Source of the DNA: a virus
DNA: 64,000 bases
IMG/VR virus record: IMGVR_UViG_3300033153_008203
Span: 81,070-145,069 of that record
Strand: one strand, 5' to 3'
Shown: positions 40,809 to 49,724 of the stretch, piece after piece
Layout of the letters: the number at the start of each line of letters is the position of its first letter
Position numbering within the stretch: the stretch's first letter is position 1
Position numbers and translations under genes: made by a program
Notes under the pieces: model-generated
Told to the model about the DNA's origin: nothing
Database searches by the model: none
Seen by the model: the letters and a program-made list of their open reading frames with translations, nothing else

Positions 40809-41201
40809 TTATCTATATCCGTAGTTAGAACGCATAGATGTGCTTCTATTGTTTGATTTTCCAAAGAGAGCTCTTGTTACTCTTGACATTGCATAACCAG
40901 CAGCTGCTCCTGCAATACCTCCGCCCATTCTTCCTCTAGGTAGTGCTATGCCTCCTGCTCTTAATGGGGTTGCTCTTCTAGCTGCTGCTAGACCAGTTCT
41001 TGCTCCTCTTGCTGCTCCTGCTCCAAAACCTCCAGCACGAGAAATACTTCTTAATGCACTTCCTCCATACCTTGCACCTAAATATGCTCCTCCTGCAGTC
41101 GTTGCAAATGATGTAGTACCTGGCGCATATCTACTTGCAGCCCCATAGCCACCTATACCTGCTGCTGCTACTCCTGCAGTCACTAAATTTGGATTTGGCA
41201 T
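40809..41201 (-). CDS. small Gly/Ala/Arg-rich membrane-type protein (putative ejected/internal virion protein)
   Basis: No acidic residues and several GxxxG helices. SD AGAGGAG. Confidence 0.6.
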   Translation of the reverse strand: MPNPNLVTAGVAAAGIGGYGAASRYAPGTTSFATTAGGAYLGARYGGSALRSISRAGGFGAGAARGARTGLAAARRATPLRAGGIALPRGRMGGGIAGAAAGYAMSRVTRALFGKSNNRSTSMRSNYGYR

Positions 41202-41212
41202 TTTGTTCTCCT

Positions 41213-41860
41213 CTACCTTATGTGTGAGTAATAAGCCTCGTTTCCTAATGCATTCCTAGCATTAAGATGGCTTCGTTGAACTTCTCTAAGAGACCTTTGT
41301 CTCATTGTATAAGCAGTCCCAAACGGATCATGGAAACCACCACCAGTTTCATACTGCTTTAATCTACGTCCATATTCCATAGCTTTCCTAGGCGCTGTTG
41401 TAACAAAGTCATACATTGCTCCTGTAACCGCTGCTGCTGCAAGAAATCCTGCACCTCCGCCTATTACAGTTCCAGCTCCTAATGCATATCTTGCGGCTAT
41501 GATCCCAGATTTGGATCCTTTTTTAATAGCAGCTTTCTGAAAAGTTCCAACTCCAAGCCCAGTCATTGCTGCTTTTCCTAGTCCACCACCTACACGTGCT
41601 CCTGCTGCATATGCTGCTGCACCTATGGAATACTCAAAAGCTAGCTGACCAGGACTCATACCAGAATACAAACCAAGCCCAATACCAGCAAGACCCATCT
41701 TTGTGCCAAGCCCAAATTTAACTGATGCTGATGCTGATTTGTACCATTGTACAGGATTTAACCCTTTACCTATATTTTGACCAGGAGTAGAAATCCACCA
41801 TTCTTTAAATGGCCCAATACTTTGTGCTCCTGATCTACTAGCTGTTTGCTGTACGGCCAT
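41213..41860 (-). CDS. Gly/Ala-rich membrane-type protein (putative ejected/internal virion protein)
   Basis: Multiple glycine-zipper helices and a C-terminal AYTMRQRS...NARNALGNEA helix. Confidence 0.6.
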   Translation of the reverse strand: MAVQQTASRSGAQSIGPFKEWWISTPGQNIGKGLNPVQWYKSASASVKFGLGTKMGLAGIGLGLYSGMSPGQLAFEYSIGAAAYAAGARVGGGLGKAAMTGLGVGTFQKAAIKKGSKSGIIAARYALGAGTVIGGGAGFLAAAAVTGAMYDFVTTAPRKAMEYGRRLKQYETGGGFHDPFGTAYTMRQRSLREVQRSHLNARNALGNEAYYSHIR

Positions 41861-42252
41861 TAACCTCTCCTAAGATTATTAAGAGACAATGTTAAATCTC
41901 CATTATCAGCAAACTGACCCGGTGTCATTCCTTTCCTATATTGTTCTCTAATGGCTGGATTAAATAGCATTGGCTCACTTGGCATAGTGCCTTCTGTACT
42001 TACTGATCTAGGATTTCTCATTGAATACGGTTCAAATATAGATTGATTAATAGCACTATATGCAGGCTTAACTACTCCATAGTATCCTGCTGCTCCTACC
42101 AATCCAGCTGTCGCTATGTTTTGAGCATTATGTACTGCTCGTGGTGCTGCTGCTGCTATAGATGCAGGCGCTCCTTTTACAGATGCAGCTGCTCCTTTTA
42201 ACGTCGCTTTAGCTCTTGCTATTTTTCTTAATTGTGCAAACCCAAGTGCCAT
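41860..42252 (-). CDS. small Ala-rich membrane-type protein
   Basis: Basic amphipathic N-terminus plus the hydrophobic helix IATAGLVGAAGYYGVV. Coupled by TAATG overlaps. Confidence 0.6.
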   Translation of the reverse strand: MALGFAQLRKIARAKATLKGAAASVKGAPASIAAAAPRAVHNAQNIATAGLVGAAGYYGVVKPAYSAINQSIFEPYSMRNPRSVSTEGTMPSEPMLFNPAIREQYRKGMTPGQFADNGDLTLSLNNLRRG

Positions 42253-43154
42253 TAACTATACCCCATGCTAGCATGTCTTCTTCCACCGTTCTTTGCTGCT
42301 TGAAACATGTATTCTGTTTTATTTCCATCCATCATATTACTAATATTAACATTTTGTAACTGATTAAAGGTGGAAACTTCTTGATCATTATAGAACTGCT
42401 CTCTTTTATTAATAAAGTTTCCTAGTGCTCCTTTGACTCCTTTAACATCAAAACTATACTTATTGGTCGTAAATAAATCATTGACACGCTGTGCAGATAC
42501 GCCTAGCTTAGTTGGGAGCTTTTCGGCATCTAATTGTCCTGTTGCTACTTCAAGATTTATCCTTTGTCTAACCCTATTTACTTTTGCCATAGTTTGCTTG
42601 AAAGCTTCTTCATCAGCTTCCCATTCGTAAACTATCTTCTGTGATGGATCGCTTCTCAAATGATATTCTATTTTTCCCATTCTTGATCCATTAAGAATAG
42701 CATAAGTATTAACCTGATCAAAGCTCTTTTGCAGTGGAAGACCTCTTGCCTTTACTTGTGCAAAAACTTTTGCTCCAACAGACTTAATATCTGAAACAGT
42801 ATCATCTTTATAGATAACATCAGCATAACCAGCCAACCCATGTTTATCACTATATATGTACTTCTCTATCTGACTGACATTTTTGTCTTTAGCCATCTTC
42901 ATGGCCTCAGCATATTCGTGAAATGCGGTTCCTACAGTAGCAGCTGTTTCTGGTTCTCTTTCTTCTAGTAGGTCTCCCCACATTGGATTAGGACCTTGTG
43001 GTGCTGTGAGCATCTCATATAGCTCTTCCTCTGACTTACCAAGATAACTCATACCTAGCAATTCGTGCTTCTTTACTCTGGTTGCTGCGCCATACATAAA
43101 GTATCCAGTTGCACCTATTCCTCCAGCAGCCAACAGTTTTCTCCATCCTGCCAT
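42252..43154 (-). CDS. PD-(D/E)XK (RecB/Cas4-like) nuclease with N-terminal membrane anchor
   Basis: GTAFHE...IE...GYADVI...DIKS...QVNTYA motifs and N-terminal LLAAGGIGATGYFMYGAA. No Cas4 Fe-S cysteines. Confidence 0.75.
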   Translation of the reverse strand: MAGWRKLLAAGGIGATGYFMYGAATRVKKHELLGMSYLGKSEEELYEMLTAPQGPNPMWGDLLEEREPETAATVGTAFHEYAEAMKMAKDKNVSQIEKYIYSDKHGLAGYADVIYKDDTVSDIKSVGAKVFAQVKARGLPLQKSFDQVNTYAILNGSRMGKIEYHLRSDPSQKIVYEWEADEEAFKQTMAKVNRVRQRINLEVATGQLDAEKLPTKLGVSAQRVNDLFTTNKYSFDVKGVKGALGNFINKREQFYNDQEVSTFNQLQNVNISNMMDGNKTEYMFQAAKNGGRRHASMGYS

Positions 43155-43155
43155 A

Positions 43156-43977
43156 TTAGCCCTCTGTTATATCTTTAGCTGCTTCTACTTGAGTCATTTC
43201 TATCTCGTCTTTTAATGATTCTAGCTCTGCTCTAAAGTTACTCATCTGAGATGACGGATCACCAGTATCTCTTGTCTTAAGTGCAGCAGCTCTCTTCCAT
43301 TTCTCTTTCCTTGATCCAACCATACATTCTACAAGCTTCATCTTTCTAATCTTAAGTCGCTCTTTTATGTCCCATGCAGTATGCACAACAGTCTGATGAT
43401 ATGGTGCACCTAAATTAGTAACTCCAACGATATTGTTCTGAGTAAGGTCTTGTCCATCTTCTTTTGATAGTGCAATATTGCATCTCATCTCAAATATCTC
43501 TATCTCTGCAAGCTCATTTACCATTGTAAGATCTGTCATGTCTTGTGGGTTTACATTATACTCTTCTATAAATCTTTTTCTAAAAAAGGTAAGAAGCTCT
43601 ACTTCTGGTAAGCATTGCCTGCCTACTGGTGGCTTACCCATCTCATATAGCGGGCATCTTTCTTTAAATTTACATTTATCTCCGGCACAAATCAAAGGGA
43701 TTAGGCTTTGAACGCCAGTACTTGCTGCTTGCACATGTTTTCTGAGCCTGCCTGCTTCATCAGCAGTAAGTGTGATGTCGCTATAATTATCTAGGTTCAT
43801 ATCTAAAAAGCTAAAGAAGTCAGTCTTTTGTACAGAGCCATCTTCTTTTAGAAGTCTACCATCTAAGCTATACATGACATTTTTCTGATATCCCTTTGTT
43901 TCTCTGTCTTCTTTTTTCTTTATATTCTTTATTGTTTTAGATAAGGTTTCCATCTTATCTTCTTTTTTTTCTTTCAT
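43156..43977 (-). CDS. putative terminase small subunit
   Basis: Helical protein with a C..C...CP...C cluster near the start of the late operon, upstream of terL. Assigned by position and helical pattern. Confidence 0.5.
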   Translation of the reverse strand: MKEKKEDKMETLSKTIKNIKKKEDRETKGYQKNVMYSLDGRLLKEDGSVQKTDFFSFLDMNLDNYSDITLTADEAGRLRKHVQAASTGVQSLIPLICAGDKCKFKERCPLYEMGKPPVGRQCLPEVELLTFFRKRFIEEYNVNPQDMTDLTMVNELAEIEIFEMRCNIALSKEDGQDLTQNNIVGVTNLGAPYHQTVVHTAWDIKERLKIRKMKLVECMVGSRKEKWKRAAALKTRDTGDPSSQMSNFRAELESLKDEIEMTQVEAAKDITEG

Positions 43978-43984
43978 CAGTCTC

Positions 43985-44284
43985 CTATCTACCTATGCTC
44001 TTGCTAAGTACTTCTACCATCTTTCTTTTATGCTTCATATCATCATCAACATATTCAACGTAAATATCATCGACTATTTTGTATCCGCAGTGCTTTAGTT
44101 TGTCTATTACTAAGTCCCAAAACTCATGTGTATCTATATTATTTCCACTCTTAAACGGAAAGCCGATTGATTCCGCTAATTCATCAGACAATCTCTCACT
44201 ATTTTTGTCTTTCATAAGATTGTCCGCTTCAAGTATCTTCCTTAACGAACCTCTCCATTCTTTTCCTGTGGGCTCTGATTCCAT
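43985..44284 (-). CDS. hypothetical protein
   Basis: 99-aa ORF with SD AAGGAG. Confidence 0.6.
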   Translation of the reverse strand: MESEPTGKEWRGSLRKILEADNLMKDKNSERLSDELAESIGFPFKSGNNIDTHEFWDLVIDKLKHCGYKIVDDIYVEYVDDDMKHKRKMVEVLSKSIGR

Positions 44285-44496
44285 TATTTCTCCTTATAAA
44301 ACGTGTCGTAAATATGCGATAACTGTTTTTGAATACCCTCAGCATAAAACGCTTCAAACAATTCTTTGGCTTTCATTGCATATCCGCAATCTTTACCATG
44401 TTCACTGTTTTCAGCAAACCACCTGTAGCGTTCTGTTTGGGCTTTATCTAATAAGAGCCTTAGCTCTTCTAGTTCTTCGATGAGATTTTTAGGCAT
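44284..44496 (-). CDS. hypothetical protein (first gene of the late operon)
   Basis: 70-aa ORF with SD GGAGG, downstream of an extended -10. Confidence 0.6.
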   Translation of the reverse strand: MPKNLIEELEELRLLLDKAQTERYRWFAENSEHGKDCGYAMKAKELFEAFYAEGIQKQLSHIYDTFYKEK

Positions 44497-44525
44497 GTTC
44501 CTCCAGATATAATATGCTAATAAAC

Positions 44526-44534
44526 ATTATACCA
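44526..44534 (-). promoter_or_regulatory. extended -10 promoter heading the structural operon (TGGTATAAT)
   Basis: TGnTATAAT 30 nt upstream of 44496 and downstream of a terminator. No -35 consensus. Confidence 0.55.
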
Positions 44535-44588
44535 TGGATTTATTTTGGCGCTATACCTATATTAAACAATTTGAAAAGAAGAATGAAG

Positions 44589-44617
44589 AAAAAAAGAAAG
44601 GCCCCAATAGGGGCCTT
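44589..44617 (-). terminator. intrinsic terminator separating accessory region from structural operon
   Basis: AAGGCCCC-TATT-GGGGCCTT followed by TCTTTTTTT. Confidence 0.9.
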
Positions 44618-44619
44618 AG

Positions 44620-45141
44620 TTATTCATCGTTGTTTTTTGGAAGTAGTCCTCCCCAGACTGATGGCATGTCTGTAGGTGAGGTTGATGTTGATCCACCATC
44701 CGGTATTGGATAACTAGGAAGAAGAGGATCATAAGGAGCAATATCATTATATCCTCCTGGCAATGGTTGTGGCATTGTGTTAATTGGCCCACCAATCATT
44801 GTATTAGTGTTTATCCATTGTTGACCACGCATAGAATTTATCTCATCCTGCATCTGCCTTCTAATGATTTCTACAGTCTCTTCAACGTTTTTTATTCCAT
44901 CAACATATTCTTCTAGTTCTGTCAGAAGAATCCTTTCTACTAGTTCAAGTTGATTTTGAACAAAATGTATGTTTCTCACGTCCTCAGCACATGCTTCTTT
45001 AACTAAGTCACTTATAAGCTTTAATGCTTCCTTCTTAATAGTATACTTATCACTAATGAAGCCTGACGCTGGTGCTATCTTTTTACGCTTAATACCTAAG
45101 ATAGATCAAAGCTTCTTATTGTTGAAAATTCTCCCGCACAT
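44620..45141 (-). pseudogene. hypothetical Pro-rich-tailed protein interrupted by an in-frame TGA at codon 12
   Basis: ATG 45141 with SD AGGAG reads MCGRIFNNKKL*SILGIKRKK... and continues in frame into ORF 44620-44979. TGA at 45106-45108. Confidence 0.55.
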
Positions 45142-45142
45142 A

Positions 45143-45328
45143 TTATTCTCCTTTCTCTTTCTCCTTTATGATGTCTAGCATCTTCTGAATAGATTCATCG
45201 CTTATAATTGATAGCCTCTTAACGGTATGAATGTCTATCTCATCGATAGCAGTATCATTAAGATAAAGGACAAGATTGTAGACCGGAACCAAAAAGTCCC
45301 TTATTTTTTCGCAGCATTCATCGTTCAC
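45143..45328 (-). CDS. hypothetical protein
   Basis: 61-aa ORF coupled to thyX, with SD AAGGAG. Confidence 0.55.
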   Translation of the reverse strand: MNDECCEKIRDFLVPVYNLVLYLNDTAIDEIDIHTVKRLSIISDESIQKMLDIIKEKEKGE

Positions 45329-45966
45329 TATATTCTCCTTATAATTTCTTCTTCATAGTCATTTTCATATGTTTCAAATACTATAGGAGCATACTGTTTA
45401 ACTATGTCTAGCATTATCATAGCTGCACGCCTTATCTCCCACTGAGCATGTTTGTCGCCTCTCTCATTAAAGAAGTTCATCAACGAACGAAAGTTAAAAG
45501 TAGTATCAATAACCGTAGAACATGCATTAGGCAACACATACCGGGCGTCTTCTTTTCTAATCCCCAAATCAACAAGGTCAGTATACATTCTATTAATGGC
45601 TACCATGCCTTCTTCATATACTTCTAAAGCGTATTCATTACTCTTTATACTGTCTGGAGTAATGTAACTAAAATTACTCTCCTTAACATATCGTTGAGAC
45701 TTTTGTGAATAAGAGGCTATCCTGTGTCTCACTAACTGATGTGTAAGACTTCTTGATACGTTACTAAACCTAAATGTAACTGTAGCATGCTCAAGAACAG
45801 AAGTATGTCCATTCTTTATTAGGTGTCTAATTAACTTTTCATGGGAGTCTTCAGTAACCTTGTCATAGCTCTCATAACATGTTCTTCCACAGCTCTCTAT
45901 GACCTTTTCACAATTTGGAGTTACCATGATTAGCTGTACGTCTAACTTTTTATCTTCTGTCATCAT
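45328..45966 (-). CDS. thyX: FAD-dependent thymidylate synthase
   Basis: GHTSVLEH, SRSLTHQLVRHRIASYSQKSQRYV (RHR-x7-S-x-R), EDARYVLPNA and HAQWEIR motifs. Confidence 0.97.
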   Translation of the reverse strand: MMTEDKKLDVQLIMVTPNCEKVIESCGRTCYESYDKVTEDSHEKLIRHLIKNGHTSVLEHATVTFRFSNVSRSLTHQLVRHRIASYSQKSQRYVKESNFSYITPDSIKSNEYALEVYEEGMVAINRMYTDLVDLGIRKEDARYVLPNACSTVIDTTFNFRSLMNFFNERGDKHAQWEIRRAAMIMLDIVKQYAPIVFETYENDYEEEIIRRI

Positions 45967-46202
45967 TGTTCCTTTATAGATGAGGTTGTTTCTGTTTTTA
46001 CAATATTAAACTTAACTGTGCCATTATTATCTACATAAAAAAACTCTTTTCTTAGGCAACCATAACAGAAATATTCATCTACAACCTTTAAGCCACCACA
46101 GAATGTACCAGTAACAAGTTTCACTGGTCTTAGTTTCGTTTCTAAGCTACCACATGCAGTACACTTGGCTACTGATTGTAGTATTGTTGATTGTTCTCCC
46201 AT
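45963..46202 (-). CDS. small Zn-finger protein
   Basis: CTAC...CYGC. Confidence 0.6.
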   Translation of the reverse strand: MGEQSTILQSVAKCTACGSLETKLRPVKLVTGTFCGGLKVVDEYFCYGCLRKEFFYVDNNGTVKFNIVKTETTSSIKEQ

Positions 46203-46651
46203 TATCTATCGTCTCCTGATCCTTGAAGTTTACCTCTTGCTTTACGTGACGCTAACTTTTCAAGGTTATATTTGGCTATATCGCTAAGCTTAACCTCGAA
46301 GACTCTTGCTGTTTCTGCCAAATACCACAAAACGTCAGAAAGCTCAGATTTTACTACATCTTTAGCCATCTCATATATCTCACCAGTTTCTTTGTCTCTA
46401 TATGTTCCCTGGTGATCTCTAACTATCTTTTTAAGTTTACCAAGAACTTCTCCTGCTTCATTAGCCAGACCCATTGCTGGGTAGATATAATCAGCATCAT
46501 TGTGTTTTCCGTCACTATCTACTACTATGATTTTAGGATAAATAGCTGTCTTTGCTGCTTCTTCCTGATATGTGTCAAAATTAATTTCGGCGCAAACTTC
46601 TTCCTCTGTAATGTCTCTTGTATTAGTCTTACCTTTCTTAATTATACTCAT
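46202..46651 (-). CDS. mazG: MazG-like nucleotide pyrophosphohydrolase
   Basis: GLANEAGEV...ELSDVLWYL...NLEKLASR..RG.L.GSGDDR. Confidence 0.9.
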   Translation of the reverse strand: MSIIKKGKTNTRDITEEEVCAEINFDTYQEEAAKTAIYPKIIVVDSDGKHNDADYIYPAMGLANEAGEVLGKLKKIVRDHQGTYRDKETGEIYEMAKDVVKSELSDVLWYLAETARVFEVKLSDIAKYNLEKLASRKARGKLQGSGDDR

Positions 46652-46935
46652 TATATCTTTTCCGCTTTTATTATGTATGTGGTTCCGTCTACTGTTACAA
46701 TGCCACCAAAATAATCTGACCTTACTGTTAACCCTGATCCAGAAGAATCAGTAATTATATCTCTTAGTCCCAGTTGTTTTATAACGCTTAAAATACAATT
46801 TTCCAATAGACTCATACTGGCAGGATTTTCGTGCTTATCATCGCCAACACTAAATGTTGCACCAGGATTCTGCAAAGCTTTTCCAAGAGCTTCAAGTGCC
46901 ATTCCTGTTGTCTTTCCGTATCTTCTTACTTCCAT
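46651..46935 (-). CDS. small protein with a terminase-type Walker A start (RRYGKTT)
   Basis: RRYGKTT followed by helix and strand, as in TerL RRSGKT. No Walker B. Confidence 0.6.
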   Translation of the reverse strand: MEVRRYGKTTGMALEALGKALQNPGATFSVGDDKHENPASMSLLENCILSVIKQLGLRDIITDSSGSGLTVRSDYFGGIVTVDGTTYIIKAEKI

Positions 46936-47207
46936 TATTTTATACTCTCCTTTTTAATCCCTTCACACATAATAGTTATCTCTTTCTTGGCTTGTGCTAT
47001 CGTATCGAGCACATTGTCTATATCCTTAGCCTCCTTACAAGACTTATCAATAAACGCAACACATGTCTTCTCAAGAGTTGGGTAGTAAGTTGGATGCTCT
47101 TTTCTGTATTTTTCTCCAGTAACCTTATTAACAGCGTCTCTAAATTGAACTAAAGTCCAGTTATATGGATCATGTGATACACTGAAGTCCTTATTTATCT
47201 TTATCAT
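46935..47207 (-). CDS. hypothetical phage protein
   Basis: 90-aa ORF with ATGA overlap and SD GAGGAG. Confidence 0.6.
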   Translation of the reverse strand: MIKINKDFSVSHDPYNWTLVQFRDAVNKVTGEKYRKEHPTYYPTLEKTCVAFIDKSCKEAKDIDNVLDTIAQAKKEITIMCEGIKKESIK

Positions 47208-47449
47208 TTCTTCTCCTCTGCCTTATCGGCTACTTCAATAGGGATAGTGTACTCTACCATAAATACTCCATCACTTATGCTTGTACTTATGATTTGGGCG
47301 GCGGTATATTTTTGAATATCATAAAGAAACGTATTAATAGACCCTTCTTCTTGACTAGCAAGCTCAAACACTTCTATCTGGGTAACTCTCTGTTTAATAC
47401 TCTCGTTCATAGTCACTCCTATTTCTTTTAGTTTCACTATATCTATCAT
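47204..47449 (-). CDS. hypothetical protein
   Basis: 81 aa. Resembles the C-terminal domain of 48431-48994. Confidence 0.55.
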   Translation of the reverse strand: MIDIVKLKEIGVTMNESIKQRVTQIEVFELASQEEGSINTFLYDIQKYTAAQIISTSISDGVFMVEYTIPIEVADKAEEKK

Positions 47450-47585
47450 TATGCATATTTGTCATGTGGTCTTCTAGGATTTTTTCTGCTCTAAGCAATG
47501 TCCTTATATAGTCTTCCTCTTTCTCATAAATCGATATTACAACTTTATGACAGTAGGGACATATATGATATATTGTATTCTTCAT
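47394..47585 (-). CDS. C2H2-like Zn-finger protein
   Basis: CPYC...HMTNMH. Start moved to the ATG at 47585 after GAGG. Confidence 0.5.
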   Translation of the reverse strand: MKNTIYHICPYCHKVVISIYEKEEDYIRTLLRAEKILEDHMTNMHNDRYSETKRNRSDYEREY

Positions 47586-47695
47586 GCATCTTCCTCGCGC
47601 AGCTATTGGCATAGCTTAGCATTGTAAGCAGCCCCTGTCGTAAAACATCGATTAAAAAAAACAACTCTGCCGTTAATCACAGGTTTTTAAAAAAA

Positions 47696-48421
47696 TTAGA
47701 CAACCCTCTTAAGTACGTGTTTTTTAATTATTCTCTTCTCGTTCTTCATCGCGTCAAGAATCTCTTGTCTTATCTTTTTTTCAATTCTCTTTGTTGCTTT
47801 TTCTTTCCATTCGTTATATAGTTGCTCATGGTTTTCAAAGGATATGTATCTATCTATTATTGGTGGGTCTTCTACAGCTACTGGAAAGTCACTTCTAGCA
47901 CAAGTCCTACATCCTATTTCTGCAGTAGGTATTTCTTCTATAGTTGAGTGCTTACATCCATTACATTGTGGTGTTAGTGCTTGTATTGCTGATGGATATG
48001 CTGGCATCATAGATTCTCCTGGTGCTCTTGTTGCTAATGGGTTATCGTATAAAGGAGGATACTCTCTTGTTACACTGTTGTTTGTGGTTACACTTGATAA
48101 GTTTGAGCCGCGTGAATGAATACCTGCTCGTTCATTTGCGATTAAAGAAGCTAACTGTACATGTGTTTCTCTTTGTCTTTGGTGTTCTGGAGATCCAGGG
48201 TAATAGATTCCTGGTGTTATTGTTGCTGTTCTTGATAGACTTGGGTCTTCGTATCCTGGTGGTACAGATGGTTGTATACTTGTTTGCTGTGGTTGTGCAC
48301 CTACAGACCATCTTCTTCTGGATTCTATGTTGTCTCTTAATGAAGTACTGTTCTTAGTAGGAAGTAATCCTGCTAGGCCTTGGTCTCTTAGTCTTATTAC
48401 TATTGCTTTGAATGGGTTCAT
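47696..48421 (-). CDS. hypothetical protein, disordered Pro/Ser-rich N-terminus plus Cys cluster
   Basis: CNGCKH...CRTC. Confidence 0.55.
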   Translation of the reverse strand: MNPFKAIVIRLRDQGLAGLLPTKNSTSLRDNIESRRRWSVGAQPQQTSIQPSVPPGYEDPSLSRTATITPGIYYPGSPEHQRQRETHVQLASLIANERAGIHSRGSNLSSVTTNNSVTREYPPLYDNPLATRAPGESMMPAYPSAIQALTPQCNGCKHSTIEEIPTAEIGCRTCARSDFPVAVEDPPIIDRYISFENHEQLYNEWKEKATKRIEKKIRQEILDAMKNEKRIIKKHVLKRVV

Positions 48422-48430
48422 TGTTATTCT

Positions 48431-48994
48431 TTATATGGATATAGGGTATGTTCCTACTGGTACTGAGTAATGGACTGAGTACTTGCATTGGTCAGAAAGT
48501 GTCTGTATAGAAATAATATTCCCGCCAGACTCTCTTACTCTGTGTATGAACTCATTCATTTTAGCAGGATGACTTGCGTAAGAGTTTCCATTAGGATCAT
48601 AGTAGTACTCAGTATAAGAATACTCGATCATTGTAACAAGCTCTTTCATCTCTACTTTAGGTTCAGGAACCGGCTCAGGTGCTGATATATGAGTATCGTA
48701 CTCTTGTCTAAGAGAAGACCTCTCTTTAAGACCAAAAGCGCTATTCACAGCATGTCTATTAATGACAGGAACTGATGATTTAAAGTCATACTCTTCAGCA
48801 TGATAACCATCTAAAGGACATTCTTCCCATATGTATCCAGTTTTTAATATATCCTCAAAGACTCTTCCAACTATGTCACCATCTGCATATGCGCTACACT
48901 GAGCCATAGTCGTATCATATACCGTGCCATCATGGTCATATTGACTACAATTAGGACACATATAGCAACTTATTACCTCAAACTTCTTACTCAT
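48431..48994 (-). CDS. two-domain hypothetical protein (Cys-rich N-terminus)
   Basis: CYMCPNC...C...CPL. Start moved to 48994 after AGGAG. Confidence 0.6.
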   Translation of the reverse strand: MSKKFEVISCYMCPNCSQYDHDGTVYDTTMAQCSAYADGDIVGRVFEDILKTGYIWEECPLDGYHAEEYDFKSSVPVINRHAVNSAFGLKERSSLRQEYDTHISAPEPVPEPKVEMKELVTMIEYSYTEYYYDPNGNSYASHPAKMNEFIHRVRESGGNIISIQTLSDQCKYSVHYSVPVGTYPISI

Positions 48995-49310
48995 CGTCTC
49001 TCCTATCACTACAAAACTCACAATTTGGGTCACTACATTTAGGCTCTAACCAAGTGTTGCATTCAGAACAGAAGTAGGCATCATGTGTCTCGCAGTACTC
49101 ACCAAGAGAACTACACTTGTCACATCTGAGCACAGCAGTTGTATATAGCATTTCTGCATACTCTATCTCGTCTTCATGTGTGATTCTTGCTCTCTTTTCT
49201 TGCATAGTTTGTGCTTCATAGGTGTCTTTAAACTCGTTATCTTTCCATGGCTTACACATACTACAGCCGGCTCTGCTACTCTTTCTTTTTTCTCTCTTAT
49301 GGTTTGCCAT
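48987..49310 (-). CDS. Cys-rich Zn-binding protein
   Basis: CSMCKPWK and CDKC...HDAYFCSECNTWLEPKCSDPNCEFC. Confidence 0.65.
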   Translation of the reverse strand: MANHKREKRKSSRAGCSMCKPWKDNEFKDTYEAQTMQEKRARITHEDEIEYAEMLYTTAVLRCDKCSSLGEYCETHDAYFCSECNTWLEPKCSDPNCEFCSDRRDDE

Positions 49311-49464
49311 ACCTTCCTAATTCCTTTTTAATTATCCTATTAATTTCGTCTTCTGTTAAACGAGATTTAACGGAGACGCCACAATCATCACACTTTAACG
49401 TGATTGACAACTCAAGACAATCAATGACTCCCCTAGTATTCTTATGTTCGCAATCGTCTATCAT
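49297..49464 (-). CDS. small Zn-ribbon protein (55 aa, below ORF-track cut-off)
   Basis: MIDDCEHKN...KCDDCG...; TAATG-coupled to 49464-49724. Confidence 0.55.
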   Translation of the reverse strand: MIDDCEHKNTRGVIDCLELSITLKCDDCGVSVKSRLTEDEINRIIKKELGRYGKP

Positions 49465-49724
49465 TAGTGAGTAGTATAGTCGTCTTCGTCTTCTTCGTAG
49501 TTTACTGTAGCAACAATCTCGTTAGTATCTGCATCAATAAGCCTTACAAGCTGATATTCAAACAACAAATCAGGGTTAGACGCATCTTCAATAAGAACGG
49601 ATATCACAGGGTTAGTCATGGCTTCATCCACATCGTCCTGCACTACAGATGTTTCTACATAACCTTCTTGGTCACTAAGGTCACAATAATCTATTAGTTC
49701 TAGATCATCTAATCTATTCGGCAT
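49464..49724 (-). CDS. highly acidic small protein (possible DNA mimic)
   Basis: 25 Asp/Glu against 2 Arg and 0 Lys in 86 aa. Confidence 0.6.
   Translation of the reverse strand: MPNRLDDLELIDYCDLSDQEGYVETSVVQDDVDEAMTNPVISVLIEDASNPDLLFEYQLVRLIDADTNEIVATVNYEEDEDDYTTH

Noticed and set aside
42252-43154. Cas4-like nuclease suggesting a CRISPR-Cas locus
   Set aside because: It has no Fe-S cysteines, and there are no other cas genes or repeat-spacer array in the window.
1991-45667. Numerous plus-strand ORFs of 60-210 aa antisense to the structural genes (e.g. 27100-27735, 3833-4285)
   Set aside because: They are shadow frames of long, motif-bearing minus-strand genes, have Ser/Leu/Phe-rich composition and lack SD sequences.
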